Part shown: in pieces, positions 10,026 through 18,523 of the stretch
Numbering within the stretch: the stretch's first letter is position 1
How the letters are laid out: the number at the start of each line of letters is the position of its first letter
Assembly: GCA_965207035.1 (NCBI GenBank)
Contig: OZ242259.1
Span: 742,475 to 806,474, forward strand
DNA: 64,000 bases
Direction: 5' to 3'
Origin: Bryobacterales bacterium
Lineage (GTDB): Bacteria > Acidobacteriota > Terriglobia > Bryobacterales > UBA6623
Position numbers and translations under genes: made by a program
Notes under the pieces: generated by a model
What the model was told of the DNA's origin: nothing
Database searches by the model: none
The model's input: the letters and a program-made list of their open reading frames with translations, nothing else

Positions 10026-11405
10026 GTGCTAGCATTGCGGGACGCGATGCCCGGAGCACAGCACCAGGACCCATACGCCCTCCACCCGGGCCACATTGCG
10101 GATCCGCCAAGTGCTTTCCGTGGAATCATCCGGCTGGTCGGCCCGGGACTGATTCTCGCGAGTTCGATCGTCGGATCGGGCGAATTGATCGCGACGACGG
10201 TCCTGGGGGCTGAGAACGGCTACATCCTGCTCTGGCTCATCATCGTGAGCTGCCTCGTCAAGACGGTCGTGCAGAACGAGCTCGGCCGCTACGCGATCGG
10301 CACCGGCAAGACGACCCTAGAAGCGTTCAACAGCGTTCCCGGCCCACGCCTGAAGGTCTCCTGGCTGGTTTGGATGTGGTGCGCCATGGTCACGGCCACA
10401 TTGTTCCAGGTCGGTGCGATGCTTGGCGGCATTTCGGAGATCCTCAACCGCGCGTTCCCTGCTGTGCCGATCACCGCCTTCGTCTGGTTGTTGGCCGGAC
10501 TCACCATGGTTCTGCTCATCGTGGGCAAGTACGTCTTGGTGGAGCGGATCGCGATGGGCCTGGTCGTGAGCTTCACTTTACTGACTGTGAGTTGCTGCTT
10601 TCTCCTCCTGAAGCTCCCGCAGTACTTCAGCTGGGGTGAGGTCTTGAACGGACTTACATTTCAGCCACCTGCGGGAGGGATGGCTACCGCCGTGGCGGCC
10701 TTCGGCATCACGGGGGTTGGGGCTACAGAACTCGTGATGTATCCGTATTGGTGCATCGAGAAGGGCTACGCAAGGTACGCGGGCCGCCGTGACGACTCGC
10801 CCGGGTGGTCAAAGCGCGCGCTCGGATGGATCCGCGTGATGGGCTTTGATGTCCTGTTTTCGATGGTGGTATACACCTTCGCGACGATTGCCTTCTATTT
10901 CCTGGGTGCAGGCGTTCTCAAGGGGATGGGACTGATTCCGGAAGGGTCCGAGATGGTGCGGGTACTCTCGAGTATTTACACCGAGACACTGGGAGGCTGG
11001 TCGTTCGGGCTCTTTATGGTCGGGGCGTTCGCAGTCCTGTATTCGACGGTCTTCGCTTCCACTGCGGCCCACTGCCGTGTCTGGGCCGACCTGATCGGTA
11101 TGGTCGGCATTTACGACCGCAACAACTACAAGCTCCGTCTGCGTGCCACCCGGGCGTTCGTCGTGATCCTCCTCGTGGTTCCCTGCCTTTACTTCATGTG
11201 GATCAAGGAACCGGTACTGATGGTCAAGATCGGCGGAATCGCCCAAGCGATCATGCTCCCGGTCATTGGCGGATTCGCACTCTATCTGCGATACAAGCGG
11301 ATGCCGTCGAGCATTTTGCCGAAGCCTTGGATCACCGTGGCGCTTTGGGTTTCGGCGGTGCTCATGGCACTCATGATGGGCTACTCTGCGATCGACCGGC
11401 TGTAG
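10026..11405 (+). CDS. Nramp-superfamily (COG1914-like) transporter with non-canonical metal site
   Basis: About 11 TM segments. It aligns by eye to MntH (GPGLILASSIVGSGELIATT versus GPAFIAAIGYIDPGNFATN). The canonical DPGN and MPH motifs are replaced. Alternative ATG start at 10047. Confidence 0.8.
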   Translation: MLALRDAMPGAQHQDPYALHPGHIADPPSAFRGIIRLVGPGLILASSIVGSGELIATTVLGAENGYILLWLIIVSCLVKTVVQNELGRYAIGTGKTTLEAFNSVPGPRLKVSWLVWMWCAMVTATLFQVGAMLGGISEILNRAFPAVPITAFVWLLAGLTMVLLIVGKYVLVERIAMGLVVSFTLLTVSCCFLLLKLPQYFSWGEVLNGLTFQPPAGGMATAVAAFGITGVGATELVMYPYWCIEKGYARYAGRRDDSPGWSKRALGWIRVMGFDVLFSMVVYTFATIAFYFLGAGVLKGMGLIPEGSEMVRVLSSIYTETLGGWSFGLFMVGAFAVLYSTVFASTAAHCRVWADLIGMVGIYDRNNYKLRLRATRAFVVILLVVPCLYFMWIKEPVLMVKIGGIAQAIMLPVIGGFALYLRYKRMPSSILPKPWITVALWVSAVLMALMMGYSAIDRL

Positions 11406-11482
11406 GATTCCAGACGGCTGATTCGGTCGCAGCACTAGCGTTTGGTCTCCGGCACTCGGCATGGGTGCCTTGGGTTCGACGC

Positions 11483-12766
11483 TCACGGCATCAACTGGTT
11501 CGGCAGCCACAGCACGATCTGCGGAAAGATCGTCGCCAAGAACAGCGTGATTGCGTTCGCGGCCAAGAAGGGCGCCGCCCCGCGGAAGATCCGGCTGATG
11601 TCCAGATTTGCCACTGCCGCCCCGACGTTCAGGCAGGTGCCTACCGGAGGTGTGCACGCGCCGACCGCGAGGCCCGATACCAAGAGCACTCCGAAGAGTA
11701 CTGGGGACACTCCGAGCTCCTGCAGTGCCGGTGCAAACACAGGCGTCAGGAGCAGGATTGCGGGACTGACATCGATCACCGTGCCGGCCGCAAGCACGAT
11801 CAGGTTTACGATCAGCAGGGTGCCCGTTGCCCCGAGACCGAGGTCGACAACGAATCCGGCCACGCCTTCCGGAACCCGCTCAAGCGCCAAGACCCAAATA
11901 AAAGCCTGGGAGAGTGCGATCACGATCATGATCTTGGCGCTGGTCATGGCGGCGGAGCGTAGGCATTCCCACCCAGATCGCACACTCAGCGCTCGGGTCA
12001 GGACGAAGCCGGTCAACGCGGCGTAGAGGACACCCAAGGCTGCCGATTCGGTAGCTGTTGCGACGCCAAGAACAACCGAGCCGACAACGAACACCGGCAT
12101 CACGAGTACCGGTACGGAGCGAACCGTGCGGGTCATGGCGGACGCCAGTGTCACCGGCTGGCTGTCAGGCTCAATGCTGCCTCGGGCTAGCAGCAGCACG
12201 AGCAGCATCTGCAGCAATCCCACGAGGATTCCCGGAAACACCCCACCGAGGAAGAGTTTCCCCACCGATTCTTGGGCGACCACGGCATAGAGCACCATCG
12301 GAATGCTGGGCGGGATGATCATACCCATGGTCGACGATGCCACTGTGATTCCGGCCGCGACTTCCTTTCGGAAGCCACGCGCTTGCATTTCAGGGATCAG
12401 CACGGATCCGATCGAAGCCGTGTCGGAAGCCGAGGAGCCCGAGATTCCGCCAAATAGCATGCTGGCCAGGACATTCACCAAACCGAGTCCGCTGCGGAGC
12501 CGGCCCGCTACCAGCATGCTGAAGTCGATCAACCGGGACGTGATCTGCGCCGAATTCATCACCTGGCCCATCAGGATGAACAGCGGGAGACTCATCAGCG
12601 CGTACGAATCAAGCCCAGCGAAGAGGCGTAACGGGAGCACGAGGAGCAATTGCGGATCGCCGGAGAGGATGTAGACCAGGACTGCAAGACCTAGGGAGTA
12701 GGCAATTGGCACGCCTGCCGCGATAAACACCAGCAGGCTCAGCAGCAGGAGCCCCAACAGAATCAC
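11483..12766 (-). CDS. dctM: TRAP transporter large permease subunit
   Basis: 427-aa polytopic protein with DctM-type sequence (LPLFILMGQVMN, GGISGSSASDTA). Its start overlaps the dctQ stop (12763-12766). Confidence 0.9.
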   Translation of the reverse strand: MILLGLLLLSLLVFIAAGVPIAYSLGLAVLVYILSGDPQLLLVLPLRLFAGLDSYALMSLPLFILMGQVMNSAQITSRLIDFSMLVAGRLRSGLGLVNVLASMLFGGISGSSASDTASIGSVLIPEMQARGFRKEVAAGITVASSTMGMIIPPSIPMVLYAVVAQESVGKLFLGGVFPGILVGLLQMLLVLLLARGSIEPDSQPVTLASAMTRTVRSVPVLVMPVFVVGSVVLGVATATESAALGVLYAALTGFVLTRALSVRSGWECLRSAAMTSAKIMIVIALSQAFIWVLALERVPEGVAGFVVDLGLGATGTLLIVNLIVLAAGTVIDVSPAILLLTPVFAPALQELGVSPVLFGVLLVSGLAVGACTPPVGTCLNVGAAVANLDISRIFRGAAPFLAANAITLFLATIFPQIVLWLPNQLMP

Positions 12767-13242
12767 CGTTCGGGCTCCTCACGCAATTTAGCGGCGATCC
12801 GAGTGCAGCAGTAGATGGCCGCCAGAGCGCAACCGACGGGAACGGCGACCTGGGCGAGCACACGTGGCGCTTGGGTGGCGGGCATGACCGTGTGCCCGGT
12901 GACGGCGATCCAGGCGAGGCTTCTTTCGGCGAGTACCAAGTTCAGACCGCCAACAACCATGAGAGACGCGATCTCCGAGAAGCGTTTCCCGCGCACCCCT
13001 AACTTGCGATGCACCAAGTCCAGGCGTATGTGCTCCTCACGCCCGATTGCGACCGCCGCGCCAATTGCAGATAGATGGACGAAGAGGACGGTTGCAAGTT
13101 CGTTGGCGCCCACGAGGCCCGCTTGGAGGAGGTACCGCATCATCACCAGAACGACGATGATGCCGAACATGCAAAGCATGCCGCCGGCAAGAGCCGCTTC
13201 AAGGACTCTTGTCAATCGGCGCTCGAAATCAAGTAGCCGCAC
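12763..13242 (-). CDS. dctQ: TRAP transporter small permease subunit
   Basis: 159 aa with 4 TM segments, lying between the dctP and dctM genes. Confidence 0.8.
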   Translation of the reverse strand: MRLLDFERRLTRVLEAALAGGMLCMFGIIVVLVMMRYLLQAGLVGANELATVLFVHLSAIGAAVAIGREEHIRLDLVHRKLGVRGKRFSEIASLMVVGGLNLVLAERSLAWIAVTGHTVMPATQAPRVLAQVAVPVGCALAAIYCCTRIAAKLREEPER

Positions 13243-13247
13243 GTGCG

Positions 13248-14279
13248 TTACTCGGCCCGGGCCGCACTCCGAGCGGCCTCGACGTCCTCCCAGGTGAAGT
13301 ACCCTTTTGCCACAAGAGCGTCATAGACTGGCTCCACGGCCTGGCGGAATCGCTCCCGGGCCTCGCCTTTGATCCAGTTCGTTTCCAGCACTTCCGAGAG
13401 CTTGGCAATGTAGTCCACCTCGCTATCGCGGTTCATGCGATCGCTGTAGGCGATCGCTTCCCGGGCTGCGGAGTCGAACTCCATCTGGAGTTCGACGGGA
13501 AGGGAATCGAACCAAGCGGCGTTGACGATGAAGGGATCCGGACCGGTCATGTAATTCGAGATGCTGAGGTATTTCTGGACTTCGTGGACGCGCATTTCCC
13601 AAAGATTCGATGGTGCGTTGTCCTGTCCGTCAATGACCCCCGTGCGAGCGGCTTGGTAGACCTCTGAAAACGGGATTTCCTGTGGATTGGCCCCTAGGGC
13701 CGAGGTGGCGATGATGTTCGGTTCTTGCGGGGGAACCCGCATTTTCAGGCCGCGGAAGTCCTCTGGGCCACGGATTGGACGGACGCTCGTTGTATGCGCG
13801 CGGAACCCCTGCGAAATTCCGCAAGCCGGCACGTGGTATCCGTTGCGACGGCCTTCGGCGTTGATTCGGGCCGTGAACTCGCTGTTCACCAGCCGCAGCG
13901 CCTGGTCCCAATCATCAACAAGGAACGGCAGCAAGAACAGCGTGTATTTTGGCGTGACATCGAAAAAGAGTCCGCCCCGGGTTCCCTGCAAAACGTTCAG
14001 GGCGACCATGTCCATGAGCTCGCGCTCTCTGCCGAGTGTTCCTCCGAAATGGTTCTCGACCTGGATTCGACCATTGGTACGTTTCTCGACGATGTTCTCG
14101 AAGTACGTCATCGAAATGCTCCGGGGATGCTGGGCCGGCTGGGAATTTGCGTAGCGGAATCGATAGTGGTCCGGGAGTTCGGAGCACCGGGCTCCTGAGA
14201 GCAGCACGGCCGCTATGGCGATCAGGAAGCGTTTGCGGGAATCTTGCATGCAGACAATGGCTTTAGCCAACGTGTTCAC
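13248..14279 (-). CDS. dctP: TRAP transporter substrate-binding protein
   Basis: 343 aa, DctP family (extracytoplasmic solute receptor) with a signal peptide. GTG 14279 makes a GTGA overlap with the upstream gene. Alternative ATG at 14249 (MQDSRKRFLIAIAAVLLSG). Confidence 0.9.
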   Translation of the reverse strand: MNTLAKAIVCMQDSRKRFLIAIAAVLLSGARCSELPDHYRFRYANSQPAQHPRSISMTYFENIVEKRTNGRIQVENHFGGTLGRERELMDMVALNVLQGTRGGLFFDVTPKYTLFLLPFLVDDWDQALRLVNSEFTARINAEGRRNGYHVPACGISQGFRAHTTSVRPIRGPEDFRGLKMRVPPQEPNIIATSALGANPQEIPFSEVYQAARTGVIDGQDNAPSNLWEMRVHEVQKYLSISNYMTGPDPFIVNAAWFDSLPVELQMEFDSAAREAIAYSDRMNRDSEVDYIAKLSEVLETNWIKGEARERFRQAVEPVYDALVAKGYFTWEDVEAARSAARAE

Positions 14280-15184
14280 CCACCGGGGCCTAGATCGTAC
14301 AGCTTTCGGTCTTCGAGCACGTACAACAGGTTGATGGTGATGCCGTCCGGGCCGGCGCCACGTTGAGAAGAGCGCCGATCGAAACCGTCGGTCCTGCCAA
14401 GGATTTGAAATGCGCTCGAGTCCTCAGCCCAGTGGAAAGAGAACGACTGGCTGCCCATGTCCGCATGCTCGCGAAGGCTCAGGATCGCGGGAGCGATTCC
14501 CGATTCAACTTCCCATAGGTGGATGCTGTAGTAGCCGGCGAGGAGCGCTCCCGATCGAAGCAGACTTGCGTGCTTGCCATCGGGCGCGACCCTCAATGTG
14601 TGACCCGGCATTAGGTAGTGCCAATCGCCGGAAGCATCCTCCGACTCGTAGATTGCGACCTCGGGGCGGCGCGTAGGATCCGCCCAACTCGCCAAGTACC
14701 GCGCGAGTTTGCGCGTGGGGGGGATGGCCCAAGGGTTCCAGCACTCGGCGACGATCCTGGATCCCAGCCATTGCGGCCGGGACACAATCAGGCTGCCGGG
14801 CAGCTCGATTTCACGCAGGCCGTTTCCGCTGTCCGCGAAGAGACGCTGCCGGTCGTGTTCTCCGCCGCCCTCTTCCGTGAGGTACGCCCAACGACCCCCG
14901 TCTTCACTCGTCCATCGAAGCCGTCCCGGCAAGCCTGCCTGACCCGGTGCCGTCACCTCATTGGAGCCGCCAGGCGTTGCCACGTTCGCTGCCCTCAATG
15001 CGAGTCCCAGCTGTCGCAAGTCAGGAGTGGGCTTGTGGAACTCGGGTAGGATTTCCTCCATTCCGGAACCCCATGTGCCTGGACCCATTACAGCGATGCA
15101 GGTAGCGTGGAACACTACGACCGGAAATAGCACGGCAGTGAGAACTGCGTACATCCAACGCCGGCTTCGCTGCCGCTCTTGCAT
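14276..15184 (-). CDS. Membrane-anchored hypothetical protein (single N-terminal TM, beta-rich ectodomain)
   Basis: 302 aa with N-terminal RRWMYAVLTAVLFPVVVFHATCIAV. I recognise no motif. It is translationally coupled to dctP. Confidence 0.6.
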   Translation of the reverse strand: MQERQRSRRWMYAVLTAVLFPVVVFHATCIAVMGPGTWGSGMEEILPEFHKPTPDLRQLGLALRAANVATPGGSNEVTAPGQAGLPGRLRWTSEDGGRWAYLTEEGGGEHDRQRLFADSGNGLREIELPGSLIVSRPQWLGSRIVAECWNPWAIPPTRKLARYLASWADPTRRPEVAIYESEDASGDWHYLMPGHTLRVAPDGKHASLLRSGALLAGYYSIHLWEVESGIAPAILSLREHADMGSQSFSFHWAEDSSAFQILGRTDGFDRRSSQRGAGPDGITINLLYVLEDRKLYDLGPGG

Positions 15185-15214
15185 CTTCGTCCCTCCGTCC
15201 CAATCGAGCCCGCA

Positions 15215-16033
15215 TCAGCCCCGTCCGAGACCCGTTGGGGCGTGGTGGTTGACCGGTCCGCTACCTTGGCCCAGTCCGGGTGCGGTGCGAATCGCCTCGG
15301 TGACGAATCGCTTCGCGGCTACGACTGCGTCGACCAATGCCACGCTCTGCGCCAGCAGCGCTGTGATTGCCGCCGAATATGTGCAGCCCGTCCCGTGCGT
15401 GTGCCTCGAGTGAATTCGGGCGGAGCTGAATTCGAGTGCATCTCCGTCGCTCCAGAGCAGGTCCACGGCAGGGCCCTCAAGGTGCCCGCCTTTCACGAGC
15501 ACATGGCGCACACCGCATGCGGCGATACGCTCTGCTGCGTCCCGCATTGTCGACGGATCGTGCACGGCTACCCCCGACATAAGGCTCGCTTCGTGGAGGT
15601 TTGGTGTTACCAGCAGACAGGATGGCAAGAGTACTTCGATCATTGCTGTGACGGCATCGTGCGATGTGAGTGTCTGGCCGTGGGTGCTCTTGATGACGGG
15701 GTCGACGACAAGCGGCGCGTCGAAATCAGACGCCCATTCGGCAATGGCTTCCAGCACGATAGTGTCCGGAATCGCGCCGATCTTTGCAGCTGAAGGAGGA
15801 ATGTCGCGCTGGACGCAATCAAGCTGATTCCGAACGAGGCCTGCGTCCAGCGGCACAACAGCCTCAACAGATCGCGTATTCTGCACGGTGACTAGCGTCG
15901 GAATCGCCATTCCGTAAACGCCGAACTGGTGAAAGGTCTTCAGGTCGGCCTGCAATCCCGCGCCGCCTGACGGGTCCGATCCCGCGATCGTCAGGGCCAC
16001 GGGAAGCTCTATAGGCAAGCTGAATTCTAACAT
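15215..16033 (-). CDS. thiD: Hydroxymethylpyrimidine/phosphomethylpyrimidine kinase
   Basis: ALTIAGSDPSGGAGLQADLKTF and the C-terminal THGTGC motif are present. ATG 16033 is preferred over the TTG 16063 used by the track. Confidence 0.9.
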   Translation of the reverse strand: MLEFSLPIELPVALTIAGSDPSGGAGLQADLKTFHQFGVYGMAIPTLVTVQNTRSVEAVVPLDAGLVRNQLDCVQRDIPPSAAKIGAIPDTIVLEAIAEWASDFDAPLVVDPVIKSTHGQTLTSHDAVTAMIEVLLPSCLLVTPNLHEASLMSGVAVHDPSTMRDAAERIAACGVRHVLVKGGHLEGPAVDLLWSDGDALEFSSARIHSRHTHGTGCTYSAAITALLAQSVALVDAVVAAKRFVTEAIRTAPGLGQGSGPVNHHAPTGLGRG

Positions 16034-16128
16034 CTTGGCCTGCAAACGCGGCTCTCGGGCCAAGCCGCCCGGATCATCGTCGCATTCGGAAGACGGTCAG
16101 GGCCGACTCAGGCGGTACGATATTCGCC

Positions 16129-17613
16129 ATGCGCCTTGGAATCGTGGTGGCAATTGTTGCGGCGGCAGCGAGCTGCTCGTCTCCCCCGGAGCGTGACGAC
16201 GAGCCGAATGCCGCCGGTCCGAACATAGTTATCCTCTTGGCCGATGACCTCGGCTGGACCGATGTGAGCTTCCACGGTGGGAACATCGCCACGCCGAACA
16301 TCGACAGCATCGCGGCAGAAGGGGCGGAACTGGCACGCTATTACGTTGCTCCTGTCTGCTCTCCAACCCGGGCCGGCCTGCTGACCGGACGCTACCCGAT
16401 CCGCTACGGCGCGATGCGGGCTGTTTTCCCTCCGTGGCGTGATGGCGGCATGGATGTCTCCGAACGGACTCTCGCCGATGTTCTCGCTCTGGCTGGCTAT
16501 AGGCATCGTGGAATCTTCGGCAAGTGGCACTTGGGGCACTCGCACAAGAAATATCATCCGTTACGCCGGGGCTTCACAGAATTCTACGGCCACTACAACG
16601 GGGCAATTGACTACTTCACTCACGAACGCGAGGGAGAGGTGGACTGGCATTCCGGGTTCGAGCCGAGCAAGGATCAAGGCTACGCCACAGACTTGATCGC
16701 CGAAGCGGCCGTTCGCTTCATTCGTGACCACGCCGGGGAAGCCGAGCCATTCCTTTGCTACGTGCCCTTCAATGCCCCGCACAGCCCCTTCCAAGCCAAG
16801 GATCAAGACATCCCGCTGTACGAGATCCTGCCTCCTGCGCGCGGTTTCTTCGAGGGCTTCGAGAATGGAAGCATGGCCAGCAACGCCGAGGCCAGGGAGC
16901 GCAATCGACGGATTCTAGGAGCAATGATTCATGCCCTCGACCGGGGCGTTGGAAGAATCCTGAACGCAATCCACGATGAGGGCATTTACGACAACACGTT
17001 CGTCCTCTTTACGTCCGACAACGGCGGGGTGCGCGGGGTAGGTGAGAACACGCCCTTACGGGGCGGTAAGGCGACTGTCTTCGAAGGGGGCATTCGAGTT
17101 GTGGCAGCCGCCCGGTGGCCAGGGAAGATTCCGCGCGGACGGAAGATCGACGCCCCCCTTGCCAACATCGACATCCTGCCGACTCTGATGCGGATCGCTG
17201 GAGTGCAGGATCCTGCCGGTGAGCCCATGGACGGACTCGACGTGCTGGATGTCCTCACAGGGAGGCAGCAGTCTTTGGAGCGAGAGCTGTTCAACTACAT
17301 CGGGCAGGACGGCTTGGACCGAGAGCAGGTCTCGTACATGACGAATGACTGGAAAATGATCGTCTACGGTCGGGACGTAACGGATGTCAGCGCCGGAGAT
17401 GGAGCCAGGCAACGATTCCTGTTTAACATTTCCAAGGACACCTCGGAAGAGCGGAACCTGATTGATTCCCAGCCCACCCGGGCCGCAGCGATGTTCGAAA
17501 AGATCAGGCAGTTCCGTTCCCTGCAGCCCGAGGATGCGGTGGCCCCGTACGCCGATGGCCGGGGCGACCCCAACTTCAAGGCACCCCCGGACTGGCGGAT
17601 GCCCGGGAATTAG
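16129..17613 (+). CDS. Sulfatase (Cys-type), probable lipoprotein
   Basis: Lipoprotein-like leader MRLGIVVAIVAAAASC, then ILLADDLGW and the active-site CSPTRAGLLTGRY. Confidence 0.9.
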   Translation: MRLGIVVAIVAAAASCSSPPERDDEPNAAGPNIVILLADDLGWTDVSFHGGNIATPNIDSIAAEGAELARYYVAPVCSPTRAGLLTGRYPIRYGAMRAVFPPWRDGGMDVSERTLADVLALAGYRHRGIFGKWHLGHSHKKYHPLRRGFTEFYGHYNGAIDYFTHEREGEVDWHSGFEPSKDQGYATDLIAEAAVRFIRDHAGEAEPFLCYVPFNAPHSPFQAKDQDIPLYEILPPARGFFEGFENGSMASNAEARERNRRILGAMIHALDRGVGRILNAIHDEGIYDNTFVLFTSDNGGVRGVGENTPLRGGKATVFEGGIRVVAAARWPGKIPRGRKIDAPLANIDILPTLMRIAGVQDPAGEPMDGLDVLDVLTGRQQSLERELFNYIGQDGLDREQVSYMTNDWKMIVYGRDVTDVSAGDGARQRFLFNISKDTSEERNLIDSQPTRAAAMFEKIRQFRSLQPEDAVAPYADGRGDPNFKAPPDWRMPGN

Positions 17614-17632
17614 GTCAAATTCGGAAGCGGAC

Positions 17633-18523
17633 CTAGGTACCGCGCCTCGGCCGCAGAATCGTCGCGAAGCCTTGGCTCTTGAGCTTTGCAATGCGGGAAG
17701 TAGCCTGCTGTCGACTGCCGCCCAGAACCAAGACGCGGAATCGCTTCGAGCCGTCTTGGAAGAACTCCCGCACAACGGCGCGGTGTCCCTTTCCGTTGGC
17801 TCTTTTTGCTAGCGCGCGGGCATTGGCCTCGCTGGCGAAGACACCAACCTGAATGTCGAATTGCCCTTCCTGTCGCCCGCTTGCCGGAGCGGGCGGGCGC
17901 GCGCGCCGAACCTGGGCCGGGGGCCGAATCACCGTCAGACGAACGCGGGCCGTACCCGTTCCGATCATCTGAATCTCGGTTGCGGCTGATCGAGAGAGGT
18001 CGATGATTCGATTGCCGACAAAGGGTCCGCGGTCGTTGATGCGGACCCGCGTGGTCTTTCCGTTTGCCAAGTTCCTGACGGTGAGCCAAGTGTCAAATGG
18101 CAGCCGCTTGTGGGCGGCCGTCATTTCGTTCATGTTGTACGTCTCGCCATTCGCCGTCTTGCGGCCGTGATAGGGATTGCCGTACCAACTGGCGATTCCG
18201 ACCTCACTCCAGCCCAGGCGAGGGTTGATTGGAGGAGGGAGCTTGACCCCCTTACGGGCCTTGGACCCACCGCACGCTCCGGACATCATGACTGCGAGCA
18301 ATAACGCCGCAAACAGGGGTTTATCCGCGAACCTTGATCGCCAGAACTTTACCTGGCGTGCTACGATGCCGTCCTCGTGAAGGCCCTCCCGAAGGCGATC
18401 CCGTACGGAGGGCAGGCTGCGCTGCTCGGATCCCTGCTCGCCCTGTCCGCTGGCCAGAGCAGGACCGCGGGCGTTGCCGCTGTTGCGGGTCTTGCCCTGC
18501 TGGCGCTCTACTTCCAACGCCAT
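17633..18523 (-). CDS. rlpA: Septal ring lytic transglycosylase RlpA family protein (DPBB + SPOR domains)
   Basis: DPBB core IASWYGNPYHGRKTANGETYNMNEMTAAHKRLPFDTWLTVRNLANGKTTRVRINDRGPF and a C-terminal SPOR-like FDIQVGVFASEANARALA. The start is uncertain. The nearest canonical start upstream of the TM/lipobox region is ATG 18523; the track uses GTG 18598. Confidence 0.8.
   Translation of the reverse strand: MALEVERQQGKTRNSGNARGPALASGQGEQGSEQRSLPSVRDRLREGLHEDGIVARQVKFWRSRFADKPLFAALLLAVMMSGACGGSKARKGVKLPPPINPRLGWSEVGIASWYGNPYHGRKTANGETYNMNEMTAAHKRLPFDTWLTVRNLANGKTTRVRINDRGPFVGNRIIDLSRSAATEIQMIGTGTARVRLTVIRPPAQVRRARPPAPASGRQEGQFDIQVGVFASEANARALAKRANGKGHRAVVREFFQDGSKRFRVLVLGGSRQQATSRIAKLKSQGFATILRPRRGT

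Noticed and set aside
9958-10046. Possible Mn (yybP-ykoY) riboswitch upstream of the Nramp-like gene
   Set aside because: The spacer is under 90 nt and lacks the conserved GGGGAGUAG/UUGACA-type elements. The transporter also lacks Mn-binding residues.
10809-11962. 282-aa minus-strand and 254-aa plus-strand ORFs spanning the Nramp-like/dctM junction
   Set aside because: Both cross a convergent gene junction, are His/Arg/Asp-rich with no motifs, and overlap well-supported transporter genes.
16034-16128. Possible TPP riboswitch upstream of thiD
   Set aside because: The minus strand shows CTGAG...CCCTGACC fragments. The GGGGTGC P1/P2 start and the CTGGATAATGCCAGCG-type P4/P5 core are absent, and only about 95 nt are available.
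17613-17633. Short inverted repeat AGGTC-N13-GACCT between the convergent sulfatase and rlpA genes, considered as a bidirectional terminator
   Set aside because: It has only a 5-bp stem, a large loop and no U-tracts.
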